Assembly: GCA_017620395.1 (NCBI GenBank)
Contig: JAFZQJ010000034.1
Location: 1,395 to 65,394, forward strand
Direction of reading: 5' to 3'
DNA length: 64,000 nucleotides
Source: Clostridia bacterium
Lineage (GTDB): Bacteria; Bacillota; Clostridia; Oscillospirales; RGIG8002
Notes under the pieces: model-generated
Told to the model about the DNA's origin: nothing
What the model saw: only the letters and a program-made list of their open reading frames with translations
Databases searched by the model: none
Made by a program: the position numbers and the translations under genes
Shown: in pieces, positions 37,744-48,978 of the stretch
Layout: every line of letters begins with the position of its first letter
Numbering within the stretch: position 1 is the first letter of the stretch

Positions 37744-40062
37744 ATGGAAAAATCACTGAGAATAAAAATAATATCGCTGCTTGCCGCGCTGACGCTGCTC
37801 ATAGCGGCTGTGTGCGTGCCGTCCGCGGGCGCGGAGCGCTATGAAGCTCCCGCGGCCGTGAAAGAAACGGCGTCCGGACATCCTGAACGAAGCGAAGGAT
37901 CCCCCGGATATTCCGACCTTTTGCGTGAGGAAGGGGATTCCTCGCCCGTCGGGCTCGGAATGACAGACCTCGCCCCGACCGAAGACAGCGCTTTCATAGG
38001 CGAGGCGACCGTGCCCGTGTTTGAAACGGCGGTGCGCGGCGAATCCGACGTCTCGGGCGCGACGCCGTGGCAGTATAACTACACCGACGAAAGCTGGACG
38101 GCTTACGAAGCCGCGCTCGCCTCCGCGCAGACCGCGGATGAACGCGCCGCCGCGTTCGACCTGCTTGCGCCTCGCAACACCGAGGCCGTCACCGCCGGCT
38201 TTTTCAGCGGCTGGAACACATCCGACGTCAACGCCGTCGTAACCGCGAACAGCGGCCGCCTCTGCGACTCCATCGGCGACAGTCTGAACACCAACGGCGT
38301 ATGGAACAACGGCGATTTCTCCCGCAACACGGTCTTTGATGCGGGCGACGGCTGGTTCTCCATGACCGCGGCTGCCGACTTCGCGGGCAAGGCGATGGGC
38401 TGGAAGAATATGGACCGCAGCGCGACGCTGAATCCCAACAAGCAGAGCGCCGGCGCGGCGTACCCCGAGATGGACGTCTCCGGCCTTTCCTACGCCGAGG
38501 GCATACGCTTCAAGCTTGAGGTCTACGGTCCCGAATACGCCGTGCTCGGAACCGACGCCGTCGAGCGCATACTGATCGGTCTTTCCAACTGCGACACCAT
38601 GGTGCGCGAACAGTACGCGCTGAACGTCAAACCCTCGCAGGTCGGCTCCGACGGATATATCAACATCCCGTTCAGCTGCTTTGTCAACGCGTGGTGGTGC
38701 CGCGCTTTCTCGCAGTCCGAGCTCGAGGACGTCATCGTCTTCATAATCGAAGCCTACGGCGAAGCCGAGGGCACGACCGTGAAGGTTTCAGACCTGCACG
38801 GTTATATAACCGTCGCTCCCGTTATCCCGCCGGAGCCGCGCGAGCCGGGCTTCGCGGAGCCGAGGGCGAGCGAATACGTCGGTTCGACCTTCCGCGCCAC
38901 CGACTTCCGCATTATAAAATTCGACGAGATGTTCCCCGAGGGCTTCGCCGGCGACACGAGCTGGGATCCGATGGGCATCGACGATAACGGCATAATATAC
39001 TTCGGCTACACCGGACGCCGTACCGACCTGATCCCCGACGAGGTGATAGAGGATTTCGCCGTCTTCTCGTATGATCCGGAGACTGACGTCGTCAAGTTCC
39101 TCGGCACCCTCATTGAGGCGAGCAAGGCGTGCGGCAACTACGTTTACGGCGAGGAAATCCCGAAGGGACACACGAAGTTCTACTGTATTGATAACAAGAT
39201 GTATCTTGCGAGCCAGAGCTTCCACGACTACAAGGACAAGATCGACGGCGCGGACGGCTATATGACCAAGCGCGGCGCCCATCTGTATATGTACGACATC
39301 GAGAAGGAAGCGCTCATCGACCTTTCCGCGTCCTTCCCGGGCGGCGTATGGTGCGAGCACCAGGGAGTCGTCGCGCTGAACTATATGCCGGAACTCGGCA
39401 AGCTCGTCGGCTTCACGCATCCGCTTGCGGACCTCGTCTTCTACGATCTCGCGACCGGCACGGTAGACCGTTACGTCAACGGCATCCCGTGGTCGCTCGG
39501 CAATCCGCTGAGCCGCGAGATAATCGTCAGCGGCGACAGAGTGTATCTCTACCGCGGCGTTGAGGATCCCGGGCAGCGCGCCGAGATCCAGTGGCCGGTC
39601 TACTGCTATGACTACGGCGAAAACCGCCTCTATCAGACGGGAGACACGATGAAGGGCGGCTTCTGGAACGGTCAGGCGACGACCTCGGACGGCAAAACGA
39701 CCTACATCAGCGGCTGCTGCGGATACCTTTACAAGATGGATATGGAGACCGGCAGAGTGACCTTCCTGCGCGATATGGACCTCGACGGCGAGAACGTCAT
39801 CGGTTATACCTATTCGATATCGATGTCGCCGGACGAAACGAAGCTGTTCTATATCCCGACGGCGCGAAAGCCCGGCCGCATTTACGAATACGATATCGCG
39901 ACGAACACACTCGCAGTTGTCGCGGACGTTCAGCAGAGCGTCTACTGCGGCAGCAATATCGTGACGAAGGATAACTGGTACTACTTCACCCGCTTCGGCG
40001 AGAACGGCACGTGGGAGGGCGCTCCGAGCGTCGTCGCCTACAAGCTCGAGCCGTGGGAATGA
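37744..40062 (+). CDS. Secreted 772-aa protein: signal peptide, repeat-derived linker, CBM-like middle region, beta-propeller-like C-terminal half
   Basis: Signal peptide ends ..SAGA. The C-terminal half has recurrent hydrophobic-Y/F-x-D/G blade-like strings (IIYFGYTG, KMYLASQ, HLYMYDIE, LVFYDLATG, RVYLYRG, VYCYDYG, YLYKMDMETG, RIYEYDIATN, NWYYFTRF). Confidence 0.7.
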   Translation: MEKSLRIKIISLLAALTLLIAAVCVPSAGAERYEAPAAVKETASGHPERSEGSPGYSDLLREEGDSSPVGLGMTDLAPTEDSAFIGEATVPVFETAVRGESDVSGATPWQYNYTDESWTAYEAALASAQTADERAAAFDLLAPRNTEAVTAGFFSGWNTSDVNAVVTANSGRLCDSIGDSLNTNGVWNNGDFSRNTVFDAGDGWFSMTAAADFAGKAMGWKNMDRSATLNPNKQSAGAAYPEMDVSGLSYAEGIRFKLEVYGPEYAVLGTDAVERILIGLSNCDTMVREQYALNVKPSQVGSDGYINIPFSCFVNAWWCRAFSQSELEDVIVFIIEAYGEAEGTTVKVSDLHGYITVAPVIPPEPREPGFAEPRASEYVGSTFRATDFRIIKFDEMFPEGFAGDTSWDPMGIDDNGIIYFGYTGRRTDLIPDEVIEDFAVFSYDPETDVVKFLGTLIEASKACGNYVYGEEIPKGHTKFYCIDNKMYLASQSFHDYKDKIDGADGYMTKRGAHLYMYDIEKEALIDLSASFPGGVWCEHQGVVALNYMPELGKLVGFTHPLADLVFYDLATGTVDRYVNGIPWSLGNPLSREIIVSGDRVYLYRGVEDPGQRAEIQWPVYCYDYGENRLYQTGDTMKGGFWNGQATTSDGKTTYISGCCGYLYKMDMETGRVTFLRDMDLDGENVIGYTYSISMSPDETKLFYIPTARKPGRIYEYDIATNTLAVVADVQQSVYCGSNIVTKDNWYYFTRFGENGTWEGAPSVVAYKLEPWE
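37878..37964. repeat. Inverted pair of REP-like units embedded in-frame (87 nt) in the 37744-40062 CDS
   Basis: acatcctgaacgaagcgaaggatccccc ... ggggattcctcgcccgtcgggctcggaatgac. Same family as 31078-31211. Confidence 0.75.
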
Positions 40063-40100
40063 AGCAACGAAGCCGCTTTTTGCTTTAGTAAGAGCATAAT

Positions 40101-40128
40101 AAAAACCGCCTCGTCAGAGGCGGTTTTT
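40101..40128. terminator. Bidirectional rho-independent terminator
   Basis: AAAAACCGCCTC-gtca-GAGGCGGTTTTT between convergent genes. Confidence 0.85.
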
Positions 40129-40141
40129 GATGTTAGATACG

Positions 40142-41377
40142 TTATTCTTCCATTCTCGAAAACGCGGAAATTATCCCGAGCTTGCCGCTTTCGTAGGTGA
40201 TCCCGCCCTGGAGGTAGGCGGTATACGGCGGGCGCAGCGGACCGTCGCAGGATAGCTCGATCGAAGCGCCCTGAGTGAAGGCGCCCGCCGCCATCACGAC
40301 GTCGCAGTCGTAGCCGGGCATCGCCCATCCGACCGGCGTGACGAAGGAGTCTATCGGCGACGCCGCCTGCACTCCTGCGCAGAAGGCGAGCAGCTTGTCC
40401 TCCGCGCCGAAGCGGAGCTCCTGCACTATATCGGTGCGCGGAACGTCGGAGGCGGGGAAGGCGTCGTAACCGAGCCGCTGCGCGAGCGCGGCGGCGAAAA
40501 CGGCGGTCTTCACAGCCTGCGCGACGACGTGCGGCGCGACGAAAACCCCCTGCAGTATCTCGCGGTTGAAGCCGAAGGTGGCTCCGCATTCAAGTCCGAT
40601 GCCGGGCGCGGTGAGGCGGTCGGCGCAGAGCTCGATCTGCTTCGCGCCGCCGGCGATATATCCGCCGCCGCGCGCGATCCCGCCGCCGGGGTTCTTTATC
40701 AGCGAGCCCGCCGCGACGTCGGCTCCGACGGCGGTCGGCTCGAGCGTTTCGCAGAATTCGCCGTAGCAGTTGTCGACGATTATCGTGACGTCGGGGGAGA
40801 GCCCCTTGACGAATTCACAGAGCGCCTTTATGTCCGCTATTGACAGCGATTTGCGCGAGGTGTAGCCCTTCGAGCGCTGGATGAAGACGGCGGAAGCGCC
40901 GCCGATATTCGCCTTTATCGCGTCGAGGTCGGGACTGCCGTCGGGCAGAAGTTCGACCTGCCGGTACTCGGCTCCGGCGGACTTCAGCGAGCCGGGGTGG
41001 TCGCCGGCGACGGCTTCGCGGAGCGTATCGTAAGGCGCGCCGGTGACGGAGAGCAGCGTGTCGCCGCGGTGCAGCAGCCCGAAAAGCGCGGTCGCGATCG
41101 CGTGGGTGCCGTTGACGAAGGTGTGGCGCACCAGCGCCGCCTCGGTGCCGAAAAGCTTCGCGAAGACGCGGTCGATGACCTCGCGCCCCGCGTCGTCGTA
41201 GCCATAACCGGTAGTTCCCGCGAAGTGGCTGTCGCTGACGCGGCACTCGGAGAAGGCGTCCAGCACGCGCCTGCTGTTCTCAAGCGCGGCGGCGTCGATG
41301 CGCGCGAACTGTTCCGCGCAGGCGGCTTCCGCGGCCGCGGCTTCTCTTATGACTTTTTCGTTTGTATAAACGCTCAT
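40142..41377 (-). CDS. Methionine gamma-lyase-family / YnbB-like PLP enzyme
   Basis: 411 aa. The N-terminal region ..F..RVSDSHFAGTTGYGYDD.GR..ID.VFA..FG.E.ALVR..F.NGTHA.. is typical of the YnbB ('aluminium resistance') family. Confidence 0.8.
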   Translation of the reverse strand: MSVYTNEKVIREAAAAEAACAEQFARIDAAALENSRRVLDAFSECRVSDSHFAGTTGYGYDDAGREVIDRVFAKLFGTEAALVRHTFVNGTHAIATALFGLLHRGDTLLSVTGAPYDTLREAVAGDHPGSLKSAGAEYRQVELLPDGSPDLDAIKANIGGASAVFIQRSKGYTSRKSLSIADIKALCEFVKGLSPDVTIIVDNCYGEFCETLEPTAVGADVAAGSLIKNPGGGIARGGGYIAGGAKQIELCADRLTAPGIGLECGATFGFNREILQGVFVAPHVVAQAVKTAVFAAALAQRLGYDAFPASDVPRTDIVQELRFGAEDKLLAFCAGVQAASPIDSFVTPVGWAMPGYDCDVVMAAGAFTQGASIELSCDGPLRPPYTAYLQGGITYESGKLGIISAFSRMEE

Positions 41378-41431
41378 GATCGCGCCTCCTCGGGCGAATG
41401 GTAATATTTTTCGACTAATGCAAATAAGATA

Positions 41432-41460
41432 TTGATATTTCGGGGCGAAGATGTTATAAT
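41432..41460 (+). promoter_or_regulatory. Putative sigma-A promoter for metA
   Basis: TTGATA-17 nt-TATAAT, about 20-30 nt upstream of the start. Confidence 0.55.
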
Positions 41461-41481
41461 CTGTTTCGTTCCCGAAGGGAG

Positions 41482-42414
41482 ATGAACGCCGTGCCCATCA
41501 TGATAAACAACAATCTGCCCGCGGCGGGTACGCTGACGAGCGAAAATATATTCTGGATGGATAACGAACGCGCCATGTCGCAGGATATCCGTCCGCTTCA
41601 CATCGCCATTCTCAACCTGATGCCGACGAAGGTGACGACCGAAACGCAGCTTCTGCGTCTGCTCTCGAACACGCCGCTTCAGATCGAGATAACCCTGCTT
41701 ACCGCCGCTTCGCACAAGACGAAGAATACGTCGGCGGAGCATATGCTTGAGTTCTACAAGACCTTCGCGGACGTTAAGGATAAGAAGTTCGACGGCCTTA
41801 TCATCACCGGAGCGCCCGTCGAACGTCTCGAGTTCGAGCAGGTGGACTACTGGGACGAGCTGTGCGCCATCATCGACTGGAGCAAGACGAACGTTCAGTC
41901 CACTCTGTATATCTGCTGGGGCGCGCAGGCGGGACTCTATCACAGCTACGGCATAAGGAAGTCCGAACTGAGCGAAAAGGCGTTCGGCGTCTTCAAGCAC
42001 TACGTCACCGACAGGCTCTGTCCGCTCGTTCGCGGCTTCGACGACGTCTTTTTCGCGCCGCATTCGCGCTATACCGGAGTGCTGGACGAGGATATCGCGA
42101 AGCATCCGGAAATAACCGTCCTCGCGAGGTCGAAGGACCCGACCGTCGGCGTCTACATCGCGATCGCCAACGGGGGCAGGGAGGTCTACGTCACCGGCCA
42201 TTCGGAGTACGACCGCGAAACGCTGCTGCTCGAATACGAGCGCGACCGTAAGCAGGGACTCGGAACCGCGATGCCGGAGAACTATTTCAAGCACGACGAC
42301 AGCAACCAGGGCATTATGATGAACTGGCGCTCCCACGCGCACCTGCTCTATTCAAACTGGCTGAATTACTACGTTTATCAGGCGACGCCTTACGACCTCA
42401 ACGAAATTAAATAG
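41482..42414 (+). CDS. metA: Homoserine O-acyltransferase (MetA family)
   Basis: Has the MPI.I...LPA.. N-terminus and ..ILNLMP.K..TE.Q..RLL.. motifs. The start is ATG 41482 or GTG 41491. Confidence 0.92.
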   Translation: MNAVPIMINNNLPAAGTLTSENIFWMDNERAMSQDIRPLHIAILNLMPTKVTTETQLLRLLSNTPLQIEITLLTAASHKTKNTSAEHMLEFYKTFADVKDKKFDGLIITGAPVERLEFEQVDYWDELCAIIDWSKTNVQSTLYICWGAQAGLYHSYGIRKSELSEKAFGVFKHYVTDRLCPLVRGFDDVFFAPHSRYTGVLDEDIAKHPEITVLARSKDPTVGVYIAIANGGREVYVTGHSEYDRETLLLEYERDRKQGLGTAMPENYFKHDDSNQGIMMNWRSHAHLLYSNWLNYYVYQATPYDLNEIK

Positions 42415-42543
42415 AAACGGTTTTCATACGCCGCTTCGTCCTCGCGACGGGGCGGCGTTCGTTTATCTGTTATGAAATATGTTACCACTGTTCGCGCAGG
42501 TTGTCAAGGTGCGTGTTTTTTGCTAAAAGGCGCAAAAATACTG

Positions 42544-42572
42544 TTTACAAAAGTTGTTATATATGGTAGAAT
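42544..42572 (+). promoter_or_regulatory. Putative sigma-A promoter of the V-ATPase operon
   Basis: TTTACA-17 nt-TAGAAT about 60 nt upstream of ATG 42632. Confidence 0.5.
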
Positions 42573-42631
42573 AATGCTAATATCAGGAGAGTGCGATTTT
42601 TCGCGCGAACACTCTGACGGAGGGCAACGAT

Positions 42632-42937
42632 ATGGCAATGCTTGACGATATAAAAGCCGCTGAGGCGAAGGCCGCCGAAATGAAGGAGACCGCCGCCGCG
42701 GAGGCGAAGGAATACGCCGCCGCCGCGGAGGCGAACGTCGCCGCCGCGAGAGAAGTGTTGCTCGAGTCCGCGCGCGGCGAAGCCGCCGCCATGGCCGAGA
42801 CCGCTTCCGAGGACGCCGCCGCCGCGAGCGAAACGCTGCTCGCCGCCGGAAGCGACGCGGATAAGCGTATGGCAGAATCCGCGGAAAAGAATATTCCCGC
42901 CGCCGTAGACGCCGTCTTCGCGCAGCTTGCGAAGTGA
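42632..42937 (+). CDS. Small Ala/Glu-rich coiled-coil protein, probable V-type ATPase peripheral-stalk subunit (G/H-like)
   Basis: 101 aa, first gene of the ntp operon, with a GGAGGG SD. Confidence 0.55.
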   Translation: MAMLDDIKAAEAKAAEMKETAAAEAKEYAAAAEANVAAAREVLLESARGEAAAMAETASEDAAAASETLLAAGSDADKRMAESAEKNIPAAVDAVFAQLAK

Positions 42938-42990
42938 AGCGCGCAGCGGGTTTTTCGCAATCACATACTTGTTTTTTCAGGAGATAACGC

Positions 42991-44865
42991 ATGCTCGTAC
43001 CGATGAAAAAAGCGTATATCGCGTGCCTCAGGGATGACCGTGAGGCTTTGATTGACGCGCTCTTTTCCCTCGGCGAGGTCATGCCGATAGAACGCGACGA
43101 CAAGGCGCTGAGCGACGCCTCCGCGGAGCTGAAGCTGAGAAACGCCGAGGCGCTGCTGAAGGATATCCGCCCGTACGCGCCGAAGAAGGGGATGTTCACC
43201 CCGCGTCCCGAGGTTGACGAGGAGCGTTTCGCCCGCGTCGACGCGGAAACGGTCGAAACGCAGGAGCGTCTGCGCGAGCTCGTCGGCGAGCGCGACGCGC
43301 TGAAGGAGGCCGCCGAGGCCGCGAAGAAAGCTGCCGCCGATATCGAGCTCTGGCGCGGGCTGGGCGCGGACGCGCTCGACGTATGCGCCTCCGAATACAC
43401 CGTGCGCCGCGTCGGTACCGTTCCGACGTCGAAGGCGGACGCGCTTGCGGAAAAACTCGCGCCGTTCGCGGAGTTTGAAACGGTCGGTGAAAAGTCCGGC
43501 AAACGCGCCGTTCTGGTCGTCTGCGCCGCGGAGGACGCCTCCGAAACGGAAGCGCTGCTGCGCGAATACGAATTCGAGGAATCCCGCCTGCCGTTTGCCG
43601 CCGGCAAAGCGGAGGAGGAATACAACAGACAGCTCGCCGCGAAAGCGGACGCCGAAGCCGCCCTCGCCGGGAAGGAGAAGGAGCTCGCCGAGCTTTCACA
43701 AAAGGCGAACGACGTGACGCTGCTCGCGGAGCAGTACCGCGCCGAACGCGACAAGGACGAAGCGCCGCTGGTGCTGACCGACGACGCGGTATATATCGAG
43801 GGCTGGGTACGCGCCGACCGCACCGAGAAGGTGACGAAAGCGCTGAAAAAAGTCACCGACTGCGTCGCGGTCGAATTCACAGACCCGGCGGAAGATGAAA
43901 AACCGCCCACCGCGGCGGAAAACAGCAGGTTCGTAAAGCCGTTTGAGAGCATAACGAATATGTTCTCCGCGCCCGACCCCTACGAGATAGATCCGAACCC
44001 CGTCATGGCGCCGTGGTACTGGATAATCTTCGGTATGATGATGGCGGACGTCGGCTACGGATTCCTGATGATGCTCGGCGCGTGGCTCTTCAAGAAGTTC
44101 ATGAAGCCGCGCGGAGAGATGGCGAAGCTGGTCAGCGTCATCGGCTTCTCCGGACTGCCCACGGTCGTCTTCGGAGTCGTCTTCGGCAGCTATTTCGGCG
44201 CTGAATGGTTCCCGCCGTTGATAGGATTCTCGCTGCTCGACGGAATACTGCCGGTGCTGCTGATCGCCTGCGGAGTCGGAGTGCTCCACATTTTCACCGG
44301 TATGATCGTCAAGGCGGTCGCCGCGTTCAAGGCGGGCGACTGGCAGACGGCGGTCTTCGATAACTTCGCGTGGATGGCGCTGATAAGCGGACTTATCGTC
44401 ATGGCGCTCAACGTGAAGATCGGCGCGATCATCGCCGGAGCCGCCGCGCTCGTGGTGCTCTTCACCGCGGGGCGGAAGAAACCGAACGTCGTCGGCAAGC
44501 TGACCGGCGGACTCGGCAGTCTCTACGGCATAACGAGCTACCTGAGCGACATCCTCTCGTATTCGCGTATCCTCGCGCTCTGCATCTCCACCGCCGTCAT
44601 CGGTTACGTTATGAATATCCTCGCGGGGCTCGTTATGGGCATACCGATAGTCGGATACGTTTTCGCGGGGCTGGTCTATATCGTCGGCCACCTCTTCAAC
44701 CTCGCGATGGGACTGCTTTCGGCTTACGTTCACGACAGCCGCCTGCAGTATATTGAGTTCTTCACCCGCTTCTATGAAGGCGGCGGCACGGTCTTCAAGC
44801 CGTTCAGGCTCGAAACGAAGAACGTGGACGTTGTCCGCGGGAGCGGCAAAGATAGTAAAGAATAA
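42991..44865 (+). CDS. ntpI: V-type ATP synthase subunit I
   Basis: 624 aa with a cytoplasmic coiled-coil N-half and a polytopic membrane C-half. Confidence 0.9.
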   Translation: MLVPMKKAYIACLRDDREALIDALFSLGEVMPIERDDKALSDASAELKLRNAEALLKDIRPYAPKKGMFTPRPEVDEERFARVDAETVETQERLRELVGERDALKEAAEAAKKAAADIELWRGLGADALDVCASEYTVRRVGTVPTSKADALAEKLAPFAEFETVGEKSGKRAVLVVCAAEDASETEALLREYEFEESRLPFAAGKAEEEYNRQLAAKADAEAALAGKEKELAELSQKANDVTLLAEQYRAERDKDEAPLVLTDDAVYIEGWVRADRTEKVTKALKKVTDCVAVEFTDPAEDEKPPTAAENSRFVKPFESITNMFSAPDPYEIDPNPVMAPWYWIIFGMMMADVGYGFLMMLGAWLFKKFMKPRGEMAKLVSVIGFSGLPTVVFGVVFGSYFGAEWFPPLIGFSLLDGILPVLLIACGVGVLHIFTGMIVKAVAAFKAGDWQTAVFDNFAWMALISGLIVMALNVKIGAIIAGAAALVVLFTAGRKKPNVVGKLTGGLGSLYGITSYLSDILSYSRILALCISTAVIGYVMNILAGLVMGIPIVGYVFAGLVYIVGHLFNLAMGLLSAYVHDSRLQYIEFFTRFYEGGGTVFKPFRLETKNVDVVRGSGKDSKE

Positions 44866-44896
44866 TTAAAAAGATATTCAATTCGGAGGTAACACA

Positions 44897-45376
44897 ATGT
44901 TTAGCAACGGAACAGTCATCACCATCTTCGGCGCCGCGGTCGCCGCGTTCCTTTCGGGAATGGGCTCCGCGATAGGCGTACGCTCCGGCGGCGTTGCCGC
45001 GGCGGGAGTGACCGCGGAAAAGCCCGAGCTTTTCGGTAAGCTGCTGGTTCTCCAGGCGCTGCCCGGAACGCAGGGAATATACGGCTTCCTTACCGCCGTT
45101 CTCATCCTCGTCCAGAGCGGACTTATGGGCGGCAACGCGAATATCAGCACCGCGCAGGGCTGGGCGTTCTTCTTCGCCGGCCTGCCGATCGGCATACTCG
45201 GCCTGATCTCCGCCATCTATCAGGGCAAGGTCGCGGTCGCCGCGATCCACATGACCGCCAAGCAGCCGGAGTCCTCCGGTAAGGGCATCACCATGGCGGT
45301 CCTCGTCGAGACCTACGCCATACTCGGACTGCTCGTATCCCTGCTGCTCGTCCTCTTCGCGACGAAGGGACTTTGA
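44897..45376 (+). CDS. ntpK: V-type ATP synthase subunit K (4-TM proteolipid)
   Basis: 159 aa with LPGTQGIYGF, YQGKVA and LVETYAILG motifs, as in Enterococcus hirae NtpK. Confidence 0.92.
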   Translation: MFSNGTVITIFGAAVAAFLSGMGSAIGVRSGGVAAAGVTAEKPELFGKLLVLQALPGTQGIYGFLTAVLILVQSGLMGGNANISTAQGWAFFFAGLPIGILGLISAIYQGKVAVAAIHMTAKQPESSGKGITMAVLVETYAILGLLVSLLLVLFATKGL

Positions 45377-45397
45377 TTCTGATTCGGGAGAAGCAAG

Positions 45398-45958
45398 ATG
45401 GGAGCAGAAGCCGTAATCGAAAAAATACTGGCGAGAGCTTCAGCCGAAGCGGACAAGATAAAGTCCGCGGGCAAAGCCGACGCGGATAAGCGCTCCGCCG
45501 AAGCGGAGGCCGCCGCGGAAGCCGAGAAAGAAGCGATCCTCACGCGCGGCAGGGCCGAAGCGGACGCGATAAGATACCGCGAGAAGCTGAAGGCCGAGCT
45601 TGACGTGCGCAAAAACACGCTCGCCGAAAAACGCGCCCTGCTCGACAGGGTGTATTCCGGCGTACGCGAAAAGCTCGCGTCGCTGCCGGACGGCGAAAAA
45701 GCGGAGCTTTACGCGAAGCTCGCCGCGTCCTTCGGTATGACCGAAAACGTCAAGGTCTACGCCTCCGCCGATATGAAGGCGTTTGCCGAGGCGAACGCCG
45801 CCCGCTGGGGCGGCGCCTACGCCGGCGAGATAAAGGGGAGCGGCGGCGTGCTGCTTTCCGGCGAACGCTGCGACGCGGATCTTTCGCTCGACGCGATCGT
45901 CGCCGACCTGCGCGAGCGCACCGAGAGCGACGCCGCGCGCATACTCTTCGGAGAATAA
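45398..45958 (+). CDS. ntpE: V-type ATP synthase subunit E
   Basis: 186 aa with a charged coiled-coil N-terminus, in the expected operon position. Confidence 0.85.
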   Translation: MGAEAVIEKILARASAEADKIKSAGKADADKRSAEAEAAAEAEKEAILTRGRAEADAIRYREKLKAELDVRKNTLAEKRALLDRVYSGVREKLASLPDGEKAELYAKLAASFGMTENVKVYASADMKAFAEANAARWGGAYAGEIKGSGGVLLSGERCDADLSLDAIVADLRERTESDAARILFGE

Positions 45959-45998
45959 CTGATTTCAACTGCCGCCGAGGCGGCGGAACGGGAGAAAA

Positions 45999-46850
45999 AT
46001 GGCTGATAACTTCGGTATAAAAAGCGGCTACCCGTACGCGGTAGGACGCGTCAGAGCGATGGAGGATTCCGTCTTTTCCCGCGAGCAGTATTCACGGCTG
46101 ATCGCGGCGGAGAAGGACGGACGCCTTCGCGTACTCGCCGAAACCGGCTACGGAGCGGGAGCGGAAAAGCAGGAGCTCGAGCCGATGATCGACGCGGAGC
46201 TTCGCGGCGTTCACGAACTGATGAACGAGATCGCGCCCGAGCCGGAGCTGACCGACCTTTTCTTTCACGAATACGACGCGCACAATCTGAAAGCGCTGCT
46301 CAAAGCGCGCATCGTCGGCGCGGACGCGGACGGCATACTGCTCTCCTGCGGCGTCTTCGACGTCGAGGTGCTGAAGGTATGCGTTTCCGCGGATGAATAC
46401 TCCATGCTCGGCGCGGCGTTCGAGCCGCTCGAGAAGCTCGAGGGCGTGACAGATCCCGGCGAGATAAGCCGCGCGGTCGACTCCGCCGTATACGCGCATA
46501 TCTTCGCGACGCTGAAGAAGCGCAAGGCGCCCGCGCTCGAGGAGTTCTTCAAGCTGAAGGCGGGCTTCACAAACGCGCTGACGCGCATGCGCGGCAGGGC
46601 GCTCGGCCTTTCGGAAGAGGCCGTCGCGAAGCTGCTCATCGCCGGCGGCTTCGAGGAGCCGGCGGCGGAAGGCGGCGCACGCGAGTTCGAGCGCGCCTGC
46701 TCGCAGAAGCTCAACGCCTGTCTGCGCGATTCCCGCTCCGATCCGTTCGGGCCGGCCGCGCTCGGCAGCTATGTCAACGACAAACAGAACGAAGCGCGCA
46801 ATATCAGGATTATCTTCGCCGGAGGCGGCGAGGACGATATCGACTTTTAA
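45999..46850 (+). CDS. ntpC: V-type ATP synthase subunit C (d-type)
   Basis: 283 aa with ..YAVGRVRAME.. at the N-terminus, in the expected operon position. Confidence 0.85.
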   Translation: MADNFGIKSGYPYAVGRVRAMEDSVFSREQYSRLIAAEKDGRLRVLAETGYGAGAEKQELEPMIDAELRGVHELMNEIAPEPELTDLFFHEYDAHNLKALLKARIVGADADGILLSCGVFDVEVLKVCVSADEYSMLGAAFEPLEKLEGVTDPGEISRAVDSAVYAHIFATLKKRKAPALEEFFKLKAGFTNALTRMRGRALGLSEEAVAKLLIAGGFEEPAAEGGAREFERACSQKLNACLRDSRSDPFGPAALGSYVNDKQNEARNIRIIFAGGGEDDIDF

Positions 46851-46863
46851 CGGGAGGTAAGCG

Positions 46864-47184
46864 ATGGACGCCGAAAGAACGAAAATTGCCGCTGTTGGCG
46901 ACCTTGCCTCCGTGCTGCTTTTCAACGCGCTCGGCATAACCGCCGTCGGCGCGGATACTCCGCAGGACGCGGAGCGCGAGATAACGCGGCTCGTTTCCGA
47001 GGGGTATTCCGTCATATTCGTGACGGAAAAGACCGCCGCGGGCGTGCCCGAGCTTATCAGTAAGTATAAATCGCAAACCTTCCCCGCGATCATCCCGATC
47101 CCCGACAAGGACGGCAGCGACGGCAGCGGCCTTCGCGCCATTCAGGCGAACGTGGAGAAAGCGGTCGGAAAGAACATATTTTGA
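46864..47184 (+). CDS. ntpF: V-type ATP synthase subunit F
   Basis: 106 aa with KIAAVGDLASVLLFNALGI. Confidence 0.88.
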   Translation: MDAERTKIAAVGDLASVLLFNALGITAVGADTPQDAEREITRLVSEGYSVIFVTEKTAAGVPELISKYKSQTFPAIIPIPDKDGSDGSGLRAIQANVEKAVGKNIF

Positions 47185-47193
47185 GGTGGCAGG

Positions 47194-48960
<1,767 letters not shown>

Positions 48961-48978
48961 CGCGGAACGGAGGAAGTT

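Noticed and set aside
37563-37802. The track gives an 80-codon N-terminal extension of the AraC regulator (track start 37802).
   Set aside because: The extension runs through the divergent promoter region and into the start of the opposite gene. ATG 37562 has a GAGGAGG SD and gives a normal-length AraC protein.
42504-43952. A 482-aa Ser/Ala/Arg-rich ORF lies antisense to the first V-ATPase genes.
   Set aside because: It is low-complexity, has no SD, and overlaps the well-supported ntp small-subunit and ntpI genes. It is a GC artefact.
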